From the NCBI GenBank assembly GCA_964036045.1, contig OZ038378.1:142228001-142292000 (forward strand): DNA of 64,000 nucleotides, given 5' to 3'. Each line of letters starts with the position of its first letter. The first letter of the stretch is position 1. The translations under genes were made by a program, and so were the position numbers. This document shows positions 12,904 to 25,365 of the stretch, in pieces. The stretch comes from Eutreptiella sp. 'Long Island Sound 2002' (taxonomy: Eukaryota > Protista > Euglenida). A model generated the notes under the pieces. The model saw only the letters and a list, made by a program, of their open reading frames with translations, was not told where the DNA came from and ran no database searches.

Positions 12904-13899
12904 CCGTCGCCGTCCGCCGCCGCCAACGCCACGGGGACTCCACAGCTGGTCCCAGTGCTACGCCGTGCACGTCCCACAAAACCATGAATCGAAAAAACGG
13001 GGGGATGAAGGATGAAGGGGGGTCAGGCTGCAGTGCCTCACAAACAAAAGCGGACAAAAGCACATCCAGCTCAGCGGTGCTATGGACGGCTCGAGAAGAT
13101 GCACAACCGCAGCACAACACAAACCCACTGGTGTGTGAAATGCATATAACACGTCTTCGCTCTACGCGGCGGACGCCTCAACGCCTCCTAAATCCACCGC
13201 ACTCCTCTGCTGTGGCAACCGTCACCGTACACTGTGTCGCCTGCACCTGCCAGAACCACTGCACATGTGTTTGCCAATGAAATCACTGCAAGGCCCTGTT
13301 CCGTCTGTCCACACCGACCACACCACAGCGTACAATTCCTTTGCAGAGTAGCGAAGGCGCACGCATGTGCGCATGTCGGAAGCACCAGGCCTTTGCTAAT
13401 TCCTTGGTGAACCATCGAGGCTGCCTACCAGCCAAGTTCAGCCCTCGGAGACCACCCGCACACCAGGACATAAAATTCGATTCACCCACTGGCCGCCATG
13501 TGGCGCATTCTCGATCGATGACCAGTTCTACCCCCAGGCGCTCCACTACTGCTAGACCCTTCACATACCTCCACCCCCATGCGTGTGGTGTGCAGGGGCA
13601 CCACCAGTCCCCAGGCCCGCAGGAGTAAATGTTGAGTTTTTGCATTTGGCCCATGCCATTTCACAAAAGCATTGACTTGTGGTTTACAATGCGGTTTTTC
13701 GGTTTGAAAAATCGCTTACAAAAACGACATGCCCATACCCCATCAAGTGCAGCCCCATTCTGTGGCATAGGTTTTGGTGTTGTCAAAATATACACGCACA
13801 GTACCCCGACGGCCCATGCCCCAATACCCCCACACCCCCAAATCGTTCCCAATGCCTAAGCAATCCCTGGCACCTCCGAGTAGCAGAAAGGGTATCTGA

Positions 13900-14225
13900 A
13901 GGGGGTAGCTTACGGCGTACCCATTGGTACGCTCGTGATGTGGGTGAGGGGCTCTGCATGCTTTTTGGGCAGGCATTGCACAGGGCATCGGAGTGGCAGA
14001 AGCAGTGGGCGGTAGTTTGATGGTTCACGTGTTTGATGGGGTGCTGGTTGGTGTGTCTGTGGAAGTGTGCGTTGGGATGCCTGTAGAACTCTCTGTGGAT
14101 GTGCCGCTTGGTGGCTCTGTTGCGGATCCGGTTAGGAGGACTTTCAGGGTATTCTTCGGGCTGGTTGTTTGGGTCGGAAAAGCAGTGTTCGTTGAAGTGG
14201 GAGTTGCACTTCGAGCCTGGGGATA
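13900..14225 (-). pseudogene. Thr/Ser/Pro-rich mucin-like relic inside the repeated intron (full copies also ~20270-20590 and ~27230-27540; partial at ~1680-1760, ~10000-10080, ~24880-24990)
   Basis: SATPTSTNTAFPTQTTSP...TPTSTPSNT*TIKLPPTASATPMP. An in-frame TGA is present in all six copies and there are no matching splice sites. Confidence 0.5.
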
Positions 14226-15145
14226 CCCACTGACACGCACCACAACGTACAGGTCTGCCTGCGAGTCTTGTGAGACATGGGGCGTGACCGCATGTATCGC
14301 AAGCGACTGAAAGGCTCACGCACCATCGCCCGTCACCAGCGCAGAGAAGGTGGGCCATCAGACAGATATGACTGCCGTACACCAGAAGTAACAAACAGCA
14401 CATCCCCGTCATTCTGATGGCCGACCCCGTCACACGCCATTCCCATTGCAAGGACAGCAGTACACAGCATTGCCCCACTCGCGTGTCTCATGCAACCGAC
14501 ATGTTGTGTGTGAGAGGCAACCCCTACACTTGGCAATTCCCAATCTCAGTCCATTATGCCACCACATCTCATGGCCTCCCCAGGGCAGTGTAACGGCATC
14601 CTCCATTAGCCCCAAAATACTATTTCCCGGGCCCCTTGGCGCGCTTAGCACGCACAACGACACACGCTGCTCGTGGCGGGGTCCCCATATCGCGGGCGCC
14701 GAAGGCCACACCGGTCCTGTTCCTGGCACCATGTCGCCCCTCCCCCCTCTGACCTGCAGCCCACTGCAAACGCCAGCCCCTGGGGACTGCAAAGCGGTAC
14801 GGCAGCCTGACTGCAGGAGAGGCTTCGGGGGGGGGGGGTAAGTGGGGGAGGGGGGAGGGTTGTGGGGGTTCCACTTTCAGGTTGTGATGCGCCTGTGAAC
14901 AGTTGAGTGACCTGCACTGTAAGTTTAGTGGGATGCCTTGTAGTACACCTGGTGTCCATTGCAGGTGCGGGTGCAGGACGGGGCGCGGGGGAGGGGTCCT
15001 GGAATGAACCTTTGACGCTTTTGTTCCAGGGCTAAGCTGCTTATGTTGCCACAGGCATTGTTCTGCACCCCGTCAACTGCACTGCGCCAACCAGAACACA
15101 GGAACGAACCCGCGCCTTGTGTCTGGGTACGAGCACATCACATAC

Positions 15146-15229
15146 CCCTAACATTGAGGGTTTGCAACGTAGAGTTCGTCTCCAGGGACTTGACCAGCGC
15201 AGCCCCTCCATCATCTCCGATGGCGTTGT
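15146..15229 (-). CDS. LRR exon 10 (type 1): (D)NAIGDDGGAALVKSLETNSTLQTLNVR
   Basis: 84 bp, CAG|...|GTATGT, phase 1-1, LRR consensus. Confidence 0.92.
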
Positions 15230-17439
15230 CTGCATGTGTGCGTGTGGCTGTGCACACGCAGGTCCCCACAAACGCGCCCCGCTGCGCTCCACCAACACAC
15301 GACCAACGGCGTCACCACCGGTCAGCCCATTCCACGCAATGCTCAGCGTTTCGCCCACCCAACAGAACACCATTCCTTATGTTGTGGGGCATGCCACAAA
15401 ACAGTGTACGCCCACAACGCCCTTTACACGCCCTTCACACACCCGTCGGACAGCTCCATCCAACAACCCAACACCGCGGCTTGTGAGGGAGCGACCGGCA
15501 TGTGCATGGCTACGGGGGGGCGGGGGGGCTGTGCAGCAGAGGGACGGTCCGTTCCAGCCCCCTCCCCAGTGCTCGACCAATGCCAGAAACAACGACCGGG
15601 CGGCAGTGCAGTCGCAGGAGGTGTTCGAGCCGCATTCTGCACCAGCACAGCACACACGCAAACGCAATGACAGGGCAACGCCACAACACAGTGATTGGGT
15701 CACAAGTTCAGAGGGAGGGAGACTGTTAGGCTGTCAGAGGCTGCTTGTGCTAACCGTTGATGGCTGAGACGCAAACAACCACCGGGCGGCAGATTCCCGT
15801 GCTTCTCAGTTTTGAGGAGGAATGTCGGACAACGATACGAATGGAAACGGTAGAAATGGATGTCGAGCACATCAGGAAATCAATTGCTTTATGAATGTCC
15901 CAGGCAATGGCCGTGTGCTCCTGGTGCTACGCCCTCCCTCACTCCCAGCGGAGATGCCACCACGTTGCTGATTGGGCAGTATTCAGCAGAGCACAAGAAA
16001 CGTTACAACGGCATCAACCAGTACTAAATCTGGATTTCTGGATTGACCATTAATGCCCGTCTCGTTGACTTCTTCTGGCAAACTCAAGTGTAAGAGTGTT
16101 CCTGACCACAGTGCAGTGCATTCATGCCATGCGGGTGACATATATCTTCCGAAGTGTCCCATGATGCTCGGGGTCAAACACTCTGGGAACGTGGTAACGG
16201 CAGTATGGGGGTCGCCCGGCTGAACCTGTTTTGGTGATGCCGGAGCAGAGAGGGTCCCCTGAAGAGGACACTCGGGTGGGTGAAGGGTAAGGGATTGTGC
16301 ATTCCTGCGTTCCCTGTGGTGCTTTGAGGTATTTGGGGTGAGGTACCAGGAGGGCAGTTGGGGAGTCACGACCGCTATAAGGCAGTGCACACTGGCACAC
16401 ATCCCAGGGCCCAGGCATGCACCAGCGAGTGCTCCGGCCACTGACGAGCAACAGCCTGACCTTCCATTCGGTGGGAGGGGCAAACTCCAATGCTTGGCCA
16501 CAAGCCCTAATAACTGGATACCCACTGACACGCACCACAACGTACAGGTCTGCCTGCGAGTCTTGTGAGACATGGGGCGTGACCGCATGTGTCGCAAGCG
16601 ACTGAAAGGCTCACGCACCATCGCCCGTCACCAGCGCAGAGGAGGTGGGCCATCAGACAGATACGACTGCCGTACACCAGAAGTAACAAACAGCACATCC
16701 CTGTCATTCTGATGGCCGACCCCGTCACACGCCATTCCCATTGCAAGGACAGCAGTACACAGCATTGCCCCACTCGCGTGTCTCATGCAACCGACACGTT
16801 GTGTGTGAGAGGCAACCCCTACACTTGGCAATTCCCAATCTCAGTCCATTATGCCACCACATCTCATGGCCTCCCTAGTAGTGTAACGGCATCCTCCATT
16901 AGCCCCAAAGTACTATTTTCCGGGCCCCTTGGCGCGCTTAGCACACACAACGACACACGCTGCTCGTGGCGTGGCCCCCGTATCGCGGGCGCCGAAGGCC
17001 ACACCGGTCCTGTTCCTGGCACCATGTTGCCCCTCCCCCCTCTGACCTGCAGCCCACTGCAAACGCCAGCCCCTGGGGACTGCAAAGCGGTACGGCAGCC
17101 TGACTGCAGGGAAGGCTTCGGGGGGGGGGGGGTAAGTGGGGGAGGGGGGAGGGTTGTGGGGGTTCCACTTTCAGGTTGTGATGCGCCTGTGGAGAGTTGA
17201 GTGACCTGCACTGTAAGTTTAGTGGGATGCCTTGTAGTACACCTGGTGTCCATTGCAGGTGTGGGTGCAGGACGGGGCGCGGGGGAGGGGTCCTGGAATG
17301 AACCTTTGACGCTTTTGTTCCAGGGCTAAGCTGCTTATGTTGCCACAGGCATTGTTCTGCACCCCGTCAACTGCACTGCGCCAACCAGAACACAGGAACG
17401 AACCCGCGCCTTGTGTCTGCGTACGAGCACATCACATAC

Positions 17440-17523
17440 CGTGAACATTGAGGGTTTGCAACGTAGAGTTCGTCTCCAGGGCCTTGCCCAGCGCAGCCCC
17501 TCCTTCATCTCCGATGTCGTTCC
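17440..17523 (-). CDS. LRR exon 9 (type 1): (W)NDIGDEGGAALGKALETNSTLQTLNVH
   Basis: 84 bp, CAG|...|GTATGT, phase 1-1, LRR consensus. Confidence 0.92.
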
Positions 17524-18953
17524 CTGCATGTGTGCGTGTGGCTGTGCACACGCAGGTCCCCACAAACGCGCCCCGCTGCACTCCACCAACACACGACCAA
17601 CGGCGTCACCACCGGTCAGCCCATTCCACGCAATGCTCAGCGTTTCGCCCACTCAACACAACACCATTCCTTATGTTGTGGGGCATGCCACAAAACAGTG
17701 TACGCCCACAACGCCCTTTACACGCCCTTCACACGCCCGTCGGACAGCTCCATCCAACAACCCAACACCGCGGCTTGTGAGGGAGCGGCCGGCATGTGCA
17801 TGGCTACGGGGGGCGGGGCCCTGTGCGGCAGAGGGACGGTCCGTTCCAGCCCCATCCCCAGTGCTCGACCAATGCCAGAAACAACGACCGGGCGGCAGTG
17901 CAGTCGCAGGAGGTGTTCGAGCCACATTCTGCACCAGCACAGCACACACGCAAACGCGTTGACAGGGCAACGCCACAACACAGTGATTGGGTCACAAGTT
18001 CAGAGGGAGGGAGACTGTTAGGCTGTCAGAGGCTGCTTGCGCTAACCGTTGATGGCTGAGACACAAACAACCACCGGGCGGCAGATTCCCGTCCTTCTCA
18101 GTTTTGAGGAGGAATGTCGGACAACAATACGAATGGAGACGGTAGAAATGGATGTCGAGCACACCAGGAAATTAATAGACTTATGAATGTCCCAGGCAAT
18201 GGCCGTGTGCTCCTGGTGCTACTTCGCACTGTATCGCCTGTACCTGCCTGAAAAACTGCACATATGTTTGCCGTCGGAATCACTGCACGCTCTTGTTCAG
18301 TCCATTCACACTGACCACAGCACAGCGTAACATTCCTCGGCAGAGCAGGGAAACCATCGGGGCTGCCTACCAGCCAAGTTCAGCAGTTGTAGACCACCCG
18401 CCCACCAGTACACGGAATTCCATTCACCCACTGGCCCCAATGTGGGTTGCGATCTCGCCCAGGCGCTCCACTACTGCTTGGGCCTTCACATATCTCCGCC
18501 CCCTTTTGCAATCTGCCACAATACCCAAACATATGCCACAGAATGGGGCTGCCCTGGATGGGGTTTCGGCATATTAGGTCTTGCGCAAGATCTCAAACCG
18601 GAAAACCGCATTCTAAACCACAAGTCAATGCTTTTGTGCAATGGGAAGGCCCAAATGCCAAGAAGGAACGTTAACCCGTGCAGGACTGGGGATGGGTGGT
18701 GCCCGCGCAAACCACACACACAGTACCCACACCCCTGAACCGTTCCCAATGCCTAAGCAATCCCTGGCACCTCCAAATGTCTGCCACTGTCCCCCATCCG
18801 AGCCCACACCCCTAAACCCCTGCTCATCACCCATCTCACCACTGCCCACCACAACTACAGTCCACACCTCCCCCATGCCTCTTCAAAGGCCCCTCCCCAC
18901 ACCACACCACCAACACCTACACACATGCCTCTCTCTACATCCACAAAACATAC

Positions 18954-19037
18954 AAGAAAGGCCAAGGCTTGTCAATGTGGTGTTGTTTTTCAACGCCGTC
19001 CCAAGTGCTTGTCCACCAGATGAGCCTAGTCCAATCT
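18954..19037 (-). CDS. LRR exon 8 (type 2): (E)IGLGSSGGQALGTALKNNTTLTSLGLS
   Basis: 84 bp, CATTCAG| acceptor and |GTATGT donor, phase 1-1. LRR consensus except that the conserved Asn is Ile (ATT). Confidence 0.75.
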
Positions 19038-21512
19038 CTGAATGTGTGGCGATGGGGAATGGAGAGGGGGCGTGCACACCGCACATCACAACGTCCCCTC
19101 CCTCAAACCGCACGCAGCACGTCCGCCACAGCGCCCCCCATCAGAAGCGCCGCTTTCCCCTTCCCAAACGCTTGCGCACACCGAACGCCCACAGCCACAC
19201 ACCACGGCCACGGCCATGTGCCAAGGGGCCTGCCCATCCCCCATTCCCTCATCACACCCCTCCACACTCCAGTCCTCGTCCGCCGCCACCAACGCCGCGG
19301 GGACTCCACAGCTGGTCCCAGTGCTACGCCGTGCCCGTCCCACAAAACCATGAATCGAAAAACGGGGGGATGAAGGATGAAGGGGGTCAGGCTGCAGTGC
19401 CTCACAAACAAAAGCGGACAAAAGCACATCCAGCTCAACGGTGCTATGGACGGCTCGAGAAGATGCACAACCGCAGCACAACACAAACCCACTGGTGTGT
19501 GAAATGCATATAACACGTCTTCGCTCTACGCGGCGGACGCCTCAACGCTTCCTAAATCCACCGCACTCCTCTGCTGTGGCAACCGTCACCGTACACTGTG
19601 TCGCCTGCACCTGCCAGAACCACTGCACATGTGTTTGCCGATGAAATCACTGCAAGGCCTTGTTCCGTCTGTCCACACTGACCACACCACAGCGTACAAT
19701 TCCTTTGCAGAGTAGCGAAGGCGCACGCATGTGCGCATGTCGGAAGCACCAGGCCTTTGCTAATTCCTTGGTGAACCATCGAGGCTGCCTACCAGCCAAG
19801 TTCAGCCCTCGGAGACCACCCGCACACCAGGACATAAAATTCGATTCACCCACTGGCCGCCATGTGGCGCATTCTCGATCGATGACCAGTTCTACCCCCC
19901 AGGCGCTCCACTACTGCTAGACCCTTCACATACCTCCGCCCCCATGCGTGTGGTGTGCGGGGGCACCACCAGTCCCCAGGCCCGCAGGAGTAAATGTTGA
20001 GTTCTTGCATTTGGCCCATGCCATTTCACAAAAGCATTGACTTGTGGTTTACAATGCGGTTTTTCGGTTTGAAAAATCGACATGCAAAAACGACATGCCC
20101 ATACCCCATCAAGTGAAGCCCCATTCTGTGGCATAGGTTTTGGTGTTGTCAAAATATACACGCACAGTACCCCCACGGCCCATGGCCCAATATCCCCACA
20201 CCCCCAAATCGTTCCCAATACCTAAGCAATCCCTGGCACCTCCGAGTAGCAGAAAGGGTATCTGAAGGGGGGTATCTGACGTCGTACCCATTGGTACGCT
20301 CCTGGTGTGGGTGAGGGGCTTTGCATGCTTTTTGAGCAGGCACTGCACAGGGCGTCGGAGTGACAGAAGCGGTGGGCGTTAGTTTAATGGTTCACGTGTT
20401 TGATGGGGTGCTGGTTGGTGTGCCTGTGGAAGTGTGCGTTGGGATGCCTGTAGAACTCTCTGTGGATGTGCCGCTTGGTGGGTCTGTTGAGGATCCGGTT
20501 GAGAGGACTTTCAGGGTATTCGTCGGGCTGGTTGTTTGGGTCGGAAAAGCGGTGTTCGTTGAAGTGGGAGTTGCACTTCGAGCCTGGGGATACCCACTGA
20601 CACGCACCACAACGTACAGGTCTGCCTGCGAGTCTTGTGAGACATGGGGCCAGACCGCATGTGTCGCAAGCGACTGAAAGGCTCACGCACCATCGCCCGT
20701 CACCAGCGCAGAGGAGGTGGGCCATCAGACAGATACGACTGTCGTACACCAGAAGTAACAAACAGCACATCCCCGTCATTCTGATGGCCGACCCCGTCAC
20801 ACGCCATTCCCATTGCAAGGACAGCAGTACACAGCATTGCCCCACTCGCGTGTCTCATGCAACCGACATGTTGTGTGTGAGAGGCAACCCCTACACTTGG
20901 CGATTCCCAATCTCAGTCCATTATGCCACCACATCTCATGGCCTCCCCAGGGTAGTGTAACGGCATCCTCCATTAGCCCCAAAATACTATTTCCCGGGCC
21001 CCTTGGCGCGCTTAGCACGCACAACGACACACGCTGCTCGTGGCGGGGTCCCCATATCGCGGGCGCCGAAGGCCACACCGGTCCTGTTCCTGGCACCATG
21101 TTGCCCCTCCCCCCTCTGACCTGCAGCGCACTGCAAACGCCAGCCCCTGGGGACTGCAAAGCGGTACGGCAGCCTGACTGCAGGAGAGGCTTCGGGGGGG
21201 GGGGGTAAGTGGGGGAGGGGGGAGGGTTGTGGGGGTTCCACTTTCAGGTTGTGATGCGCCTGTGAACAGTTGAGTGACCTGCACTGTAAGTTTAGTGGGA
21301 TGCCTTGTAGTACACCTGGTGTCCATTGCAGGTGCGGGTGCAGGACGGGGCGCGGGGGAGGGGTCCTGGAATCAACCTTTGACGCTTTTGTTCCGGGGCT
21401 AAGCTGCTTATGTTGCCACAGGCATTGTTCTGCACCCCGTCAACTGCACTGCGCCAACCAGAACACAGGAACGAACCCGCGCCTTGTGTCTGCGTACGAG
21501 CACATCACATAC

Positions 21513-21596
21513 CGCTAACATCGAGGGTTTGCAACGTAGAGTTCTTCTCCAGGGCCTTGCCCAGCGCAGCCCCTCCTTCGCTTCCGATTTTGTTGT
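21513..21596 (-). CDS. LRR exon 7 (type 1): (D)NKIGSEGGAALGKALEKNSTLQTLDVS
   Basis: 84 bp, CAG|...|GTATGT, phase 1-1, LRR consensus. Confidence 0.92.
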
Positions 21597-23132
21597 CTGC
21601 ATGTGTGCGTGTGGCTGTGCACACGCAGGTCCCCACAAACGTGCCCCGCTGCACTCCACCAACACACGACCAACGGCGTCACCACCGGTCAGCCCATTCC
21701 ACGCAATGCTCAGCGTTTCGCCCACCCAACAGAACACCATTCCTTATGTTGTGGGGCATGCCACAAAACAGTGTACGCCCACAACGCCCTTTACACACCC
21801 TTCACACGCCCGTCGGACAGCTCCATCCAACAACCCAACACCGCGGCTTGTGAGGGAGCGGCCGGCATGTGCATGGCTACGGGGGGGCGGGGGGGCTGTG
21901 CAGCAGAGGGACGGTCCGTTCCAGCCCCATCCCCAGTGCTCGACCAATGCCAGAAACAACGACCGGGCGGCAGTGCAGTCGCAGGAGGTGTTCGAGCCGC
22001 ATTCTGCACCAGCACAGCACACACGCAAACGCAATGACAGGGCAACGCCACAACACAGTGATTGGGTCACAAGTTCAGAGGGAGGGAGACTGTTGGGCAG
22101 TCAGAGGCTGCTTGCGCTAACCGTTGATGGCTGAGACACAAACAACCACCGGGCGGCAGATTCCCGTGCTTCTCAGTTTTGAGGAGGAATGTCGGACAGC
22201 AATACAAATGGAGACGGTGGAAATGGATGTCGAGCACATCAGGAAATCGATTGCTTTATGGATGTCCCAGGCAATGGTCGTGTGGTCCTGGTGCTACTTC
22301 GCACTGTGCCGCCGGCGCAAGGGCAGAGGCGGTACTCCCCATCAGCCCACACTGCGCATGGAACCCGAGGCCACACACCGCGGCCACGGCCATGTGCCAA
22401 GGGGCCTTCCCATCCCCCATTCCCTCATCACACCCCTCCACACTCCAGTCCTCGTCCGCCGCCGCCAACGCCGCGGGGACTCCACAGCTGGTCCCAGTGC
22501 TACGCCGTGCCCGTCCCACAAAACCATGAATCGAAAAACGGGGGGATGAAGGATGAAGGGGGTCAGGCTGCAGTGCCTCACAAACAAAAGCGGACAAAAG
22601 CACATCCAGCTCAACGGTGCTATGGACGGCTCGAGAAGATGCACAACCGCAGCACAACACAAACCCACTGGTGTGTGAAATGCATATAACACGTCTTCGC
22701 TCTACGTGGCGGACGCCTCAACGCTTCCTAAATCCACCGCACTCCTCTGCTGTGGCAACCGTCACCGTACACTGTGTCGCCTGCACCTGCCAGAACCACT
22801 GCACATGTGTTTGCCGATGAAATCACTGCAAGGCCTTGTTCCGTCTGTCCACACTGACCACGGCACAGCGTACAATTCCTTTGCAGAGTGGCAGGAACAA
22901 TCTTACACTTGACTTTGCCAGAAGAATGCGGCGAGATGGGCGTTAATGCAGGTGCGGGTGCAGGACGGGGCGCGGGGGAGGGGTCCTGGAATGAACCCTT
23001 GACGCTTTTGTTCCGGGGCTAAGCTGCTTATGTTGCCACAGGCATTGTTCTGCACCCCGTCAACTGCACTGCGCCAACCAGAACACAGGAACGAACCCGC
23101 ACCTTGTGTCTGCGTACAAGCACATCACATAC

Positions 23133-23216
23133 CCCTAACATCGAGGGTTTGCAACGTAGAGTTCTTCTCCAGGGCCTTGCCCAGCGCAGCCCCTCCTTCG
23201 CTTCCGATTTTGTTGT
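23133..23216 (-). CDS. LRR exon 6 (type 1): (D)NKIGSEGGAALGKALEKNSTLQTLDVR
   Basis: 84 bp, CAG|...|GTATGT, phase 1-1, LRR consensus. Confidence 0.92.
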
Positions 23217-25281
23217 CTGCATGTGTGCGTGTGGCTGTGCACACGCAGGTCCCCACAAACGTGCCCCGCTGCACTCCACCAACACACGACCAACGGTGTC
23301 AGCACCGGTCAGCCCATTCCACGCAATGCTCAGCGTTTCGCCCACTCAACACAACACCATTCCTTATGTTGTGGGGCATGCCACAAAACAGTGTACGCCC
23401 ACAACGCCCTTTACACACCCTTCACACGCCCGTTGCACAGCTCCATCCAACAACCCAACACCGCGGCTTGTGAGGGAGCGGCCGGCATGTGCATGGCTAC
23501 GGGGAGGGGGGGGGGGGGGGCTGTGTAGCAGAGGGACGGTCCGTTCCAGCCCCCTCCCCAGTGCTCGACCAATGCCAGAAACAACGAGACGGTAGAAATG
23601 GATGTCGAGCACATCAGGAAATCGATTGCTTTGTGAATGTCGTAGGCGATGGCCGTGTGGTCCTGGTGCTACTTCGCACTGTGCCGCCAGCACAAGGGCA
23701 GAGGCTGTACTCCCCATCAGCCCACACTGCGCATGGAACCCGAGGCCACACACCGCGGCCACGGCCATGTGCCAAGGGGCGTGCCCATCCCCCATTCCCT
23801 CATCACACCCCTCCACACTCCAGTCCTCGTCCGCCGCCGCCAACGCCGCGGGGACTCCACAGCTGGTCCCAGTGCTACGCCGTGCCCGTCCCACAAAACC
23901 ATGAATCGCAAAACAGGGGGATGAAGGATGAAGGGGGTCAGGCTGCAGTGCCTCACAAACAAAAGCGGACAAAAGCACATCCAGCTCAACGGTGCTATGG
24001 ACGGCTCGAGAAGATGCACAACCGCAGCACAACACAAACCCACTGGTGTGTGAAATGCATATAACACGTCTTCGCTCTACACGGCGGACGCCTCAACGCC
24101 TCCTAAATCCACCGCACTCCTCTGCTGTGGCAACCGTCACCGTACACTGTGTCGCCTGCACCTGCCAGAACCACTGCACATGTGTTTGCCGATGGAATCA
24201 CTGCAAGGCCTTGTTCCGTCTGTCCACATTGACCACACCACAGCGTACAATTCCTTTGCAGAGTAGCGAAGGCGCACGCATGTGCGCATGTCGGAAGCAC
24301 CGGGCCTTTGCTAATTCCTTGGTGAACCATCGAGGCTGCCTACCAGCCAAGTTCAGCCCTCGGAGACCACCCGCACACCAGGACATAAAATTCGATTCAC
24401 CCACTGGCCGCCATGTGGCGCATTCTCGATCGATGACCAGTTCTACCCCCCAGGCGCTCCACTACTGCTAGACCCTTCACATACCTCCACCCCCATGCGT
24501 GTGGTGTGCGGGGGCACCACCAGTCCCCAGGCCCGCAGGAGTAAATGTTGAGTTCTTGCATTTGGCCCATGCCATTTCACAAAAGCATTGACTTGTGGTT
24601 TACAATGCGGTTTTTCGGTTTGAAAAATCGACATGCAAAAACGACATGCCCATACCCCATCAAGTGAAGCCCCATTCTGTGGCATAGGTTTTGGTGTTGT
24701 CAAAATATACACGCACAGTACCCCCACGGCCCATGCCCCAATATCCCCACACCCCCAAATTGTTCCCAATACCTAAGCAATCCCTGGCACCTCCGAGTAG
24801 CAGAAAGGGTATCTGAAGGGGGGTATCTGACGTCGTACCCATTGGTACGCTCCTGGTGTGGGTGAGGGGCTTTGCATGCTTTTTGAGCAGGCACTGCACA
24901 GGGCGTCGGAGTGACAGAAGCGGTGGGCGTTAGTTTAATGGTTCACGTGTTTGATGGGGTGCTGGTTGGTGTGCTTGTGGTAGTGTGCGGGAGGGTTGTG
25001 GGGGTTCCACTTTAAGGTTGTGATGCGCCTGTGAACAGTTGAGTGACCTGCACTGTAAGTTTAGTGGGATGCCTTGTAGTACACCTGGTGTCCATTGCAG
25101 GTGCGGGTGCAGGACGGGGCGCAGGGGAGGGGTCCTGGAATCAACCTTTGACGCTTTTGTTCCGGGGCTAAGCTGCTTATGTTGCCACAGGCATTGTTCT
25201 GCACCCCGTCAACTGCACTGCGCCAACCAGAACACAGGAACGAACCCGCGCCTTGTGTCTGCGCACGAGCACATCACATAC

Positions 25282-25365
25282 CGATAAGATTGAGGGTTTG
25301 CAACGTAGAGTTCGTCTCCAGGGCCTTGCCCAGCGCAGCCCCTGCTTCATCTCCGATGGCGTTCA
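25282..25365 (-). CDS. LRR exon 5 (type 1): (V)NAIGDEAGAALGKALETNSTLQTLNLI
   Basis: 84 bp, CAG|...|GTATGT, phase 1-1, LRR consensus. Confidence 0.92.
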
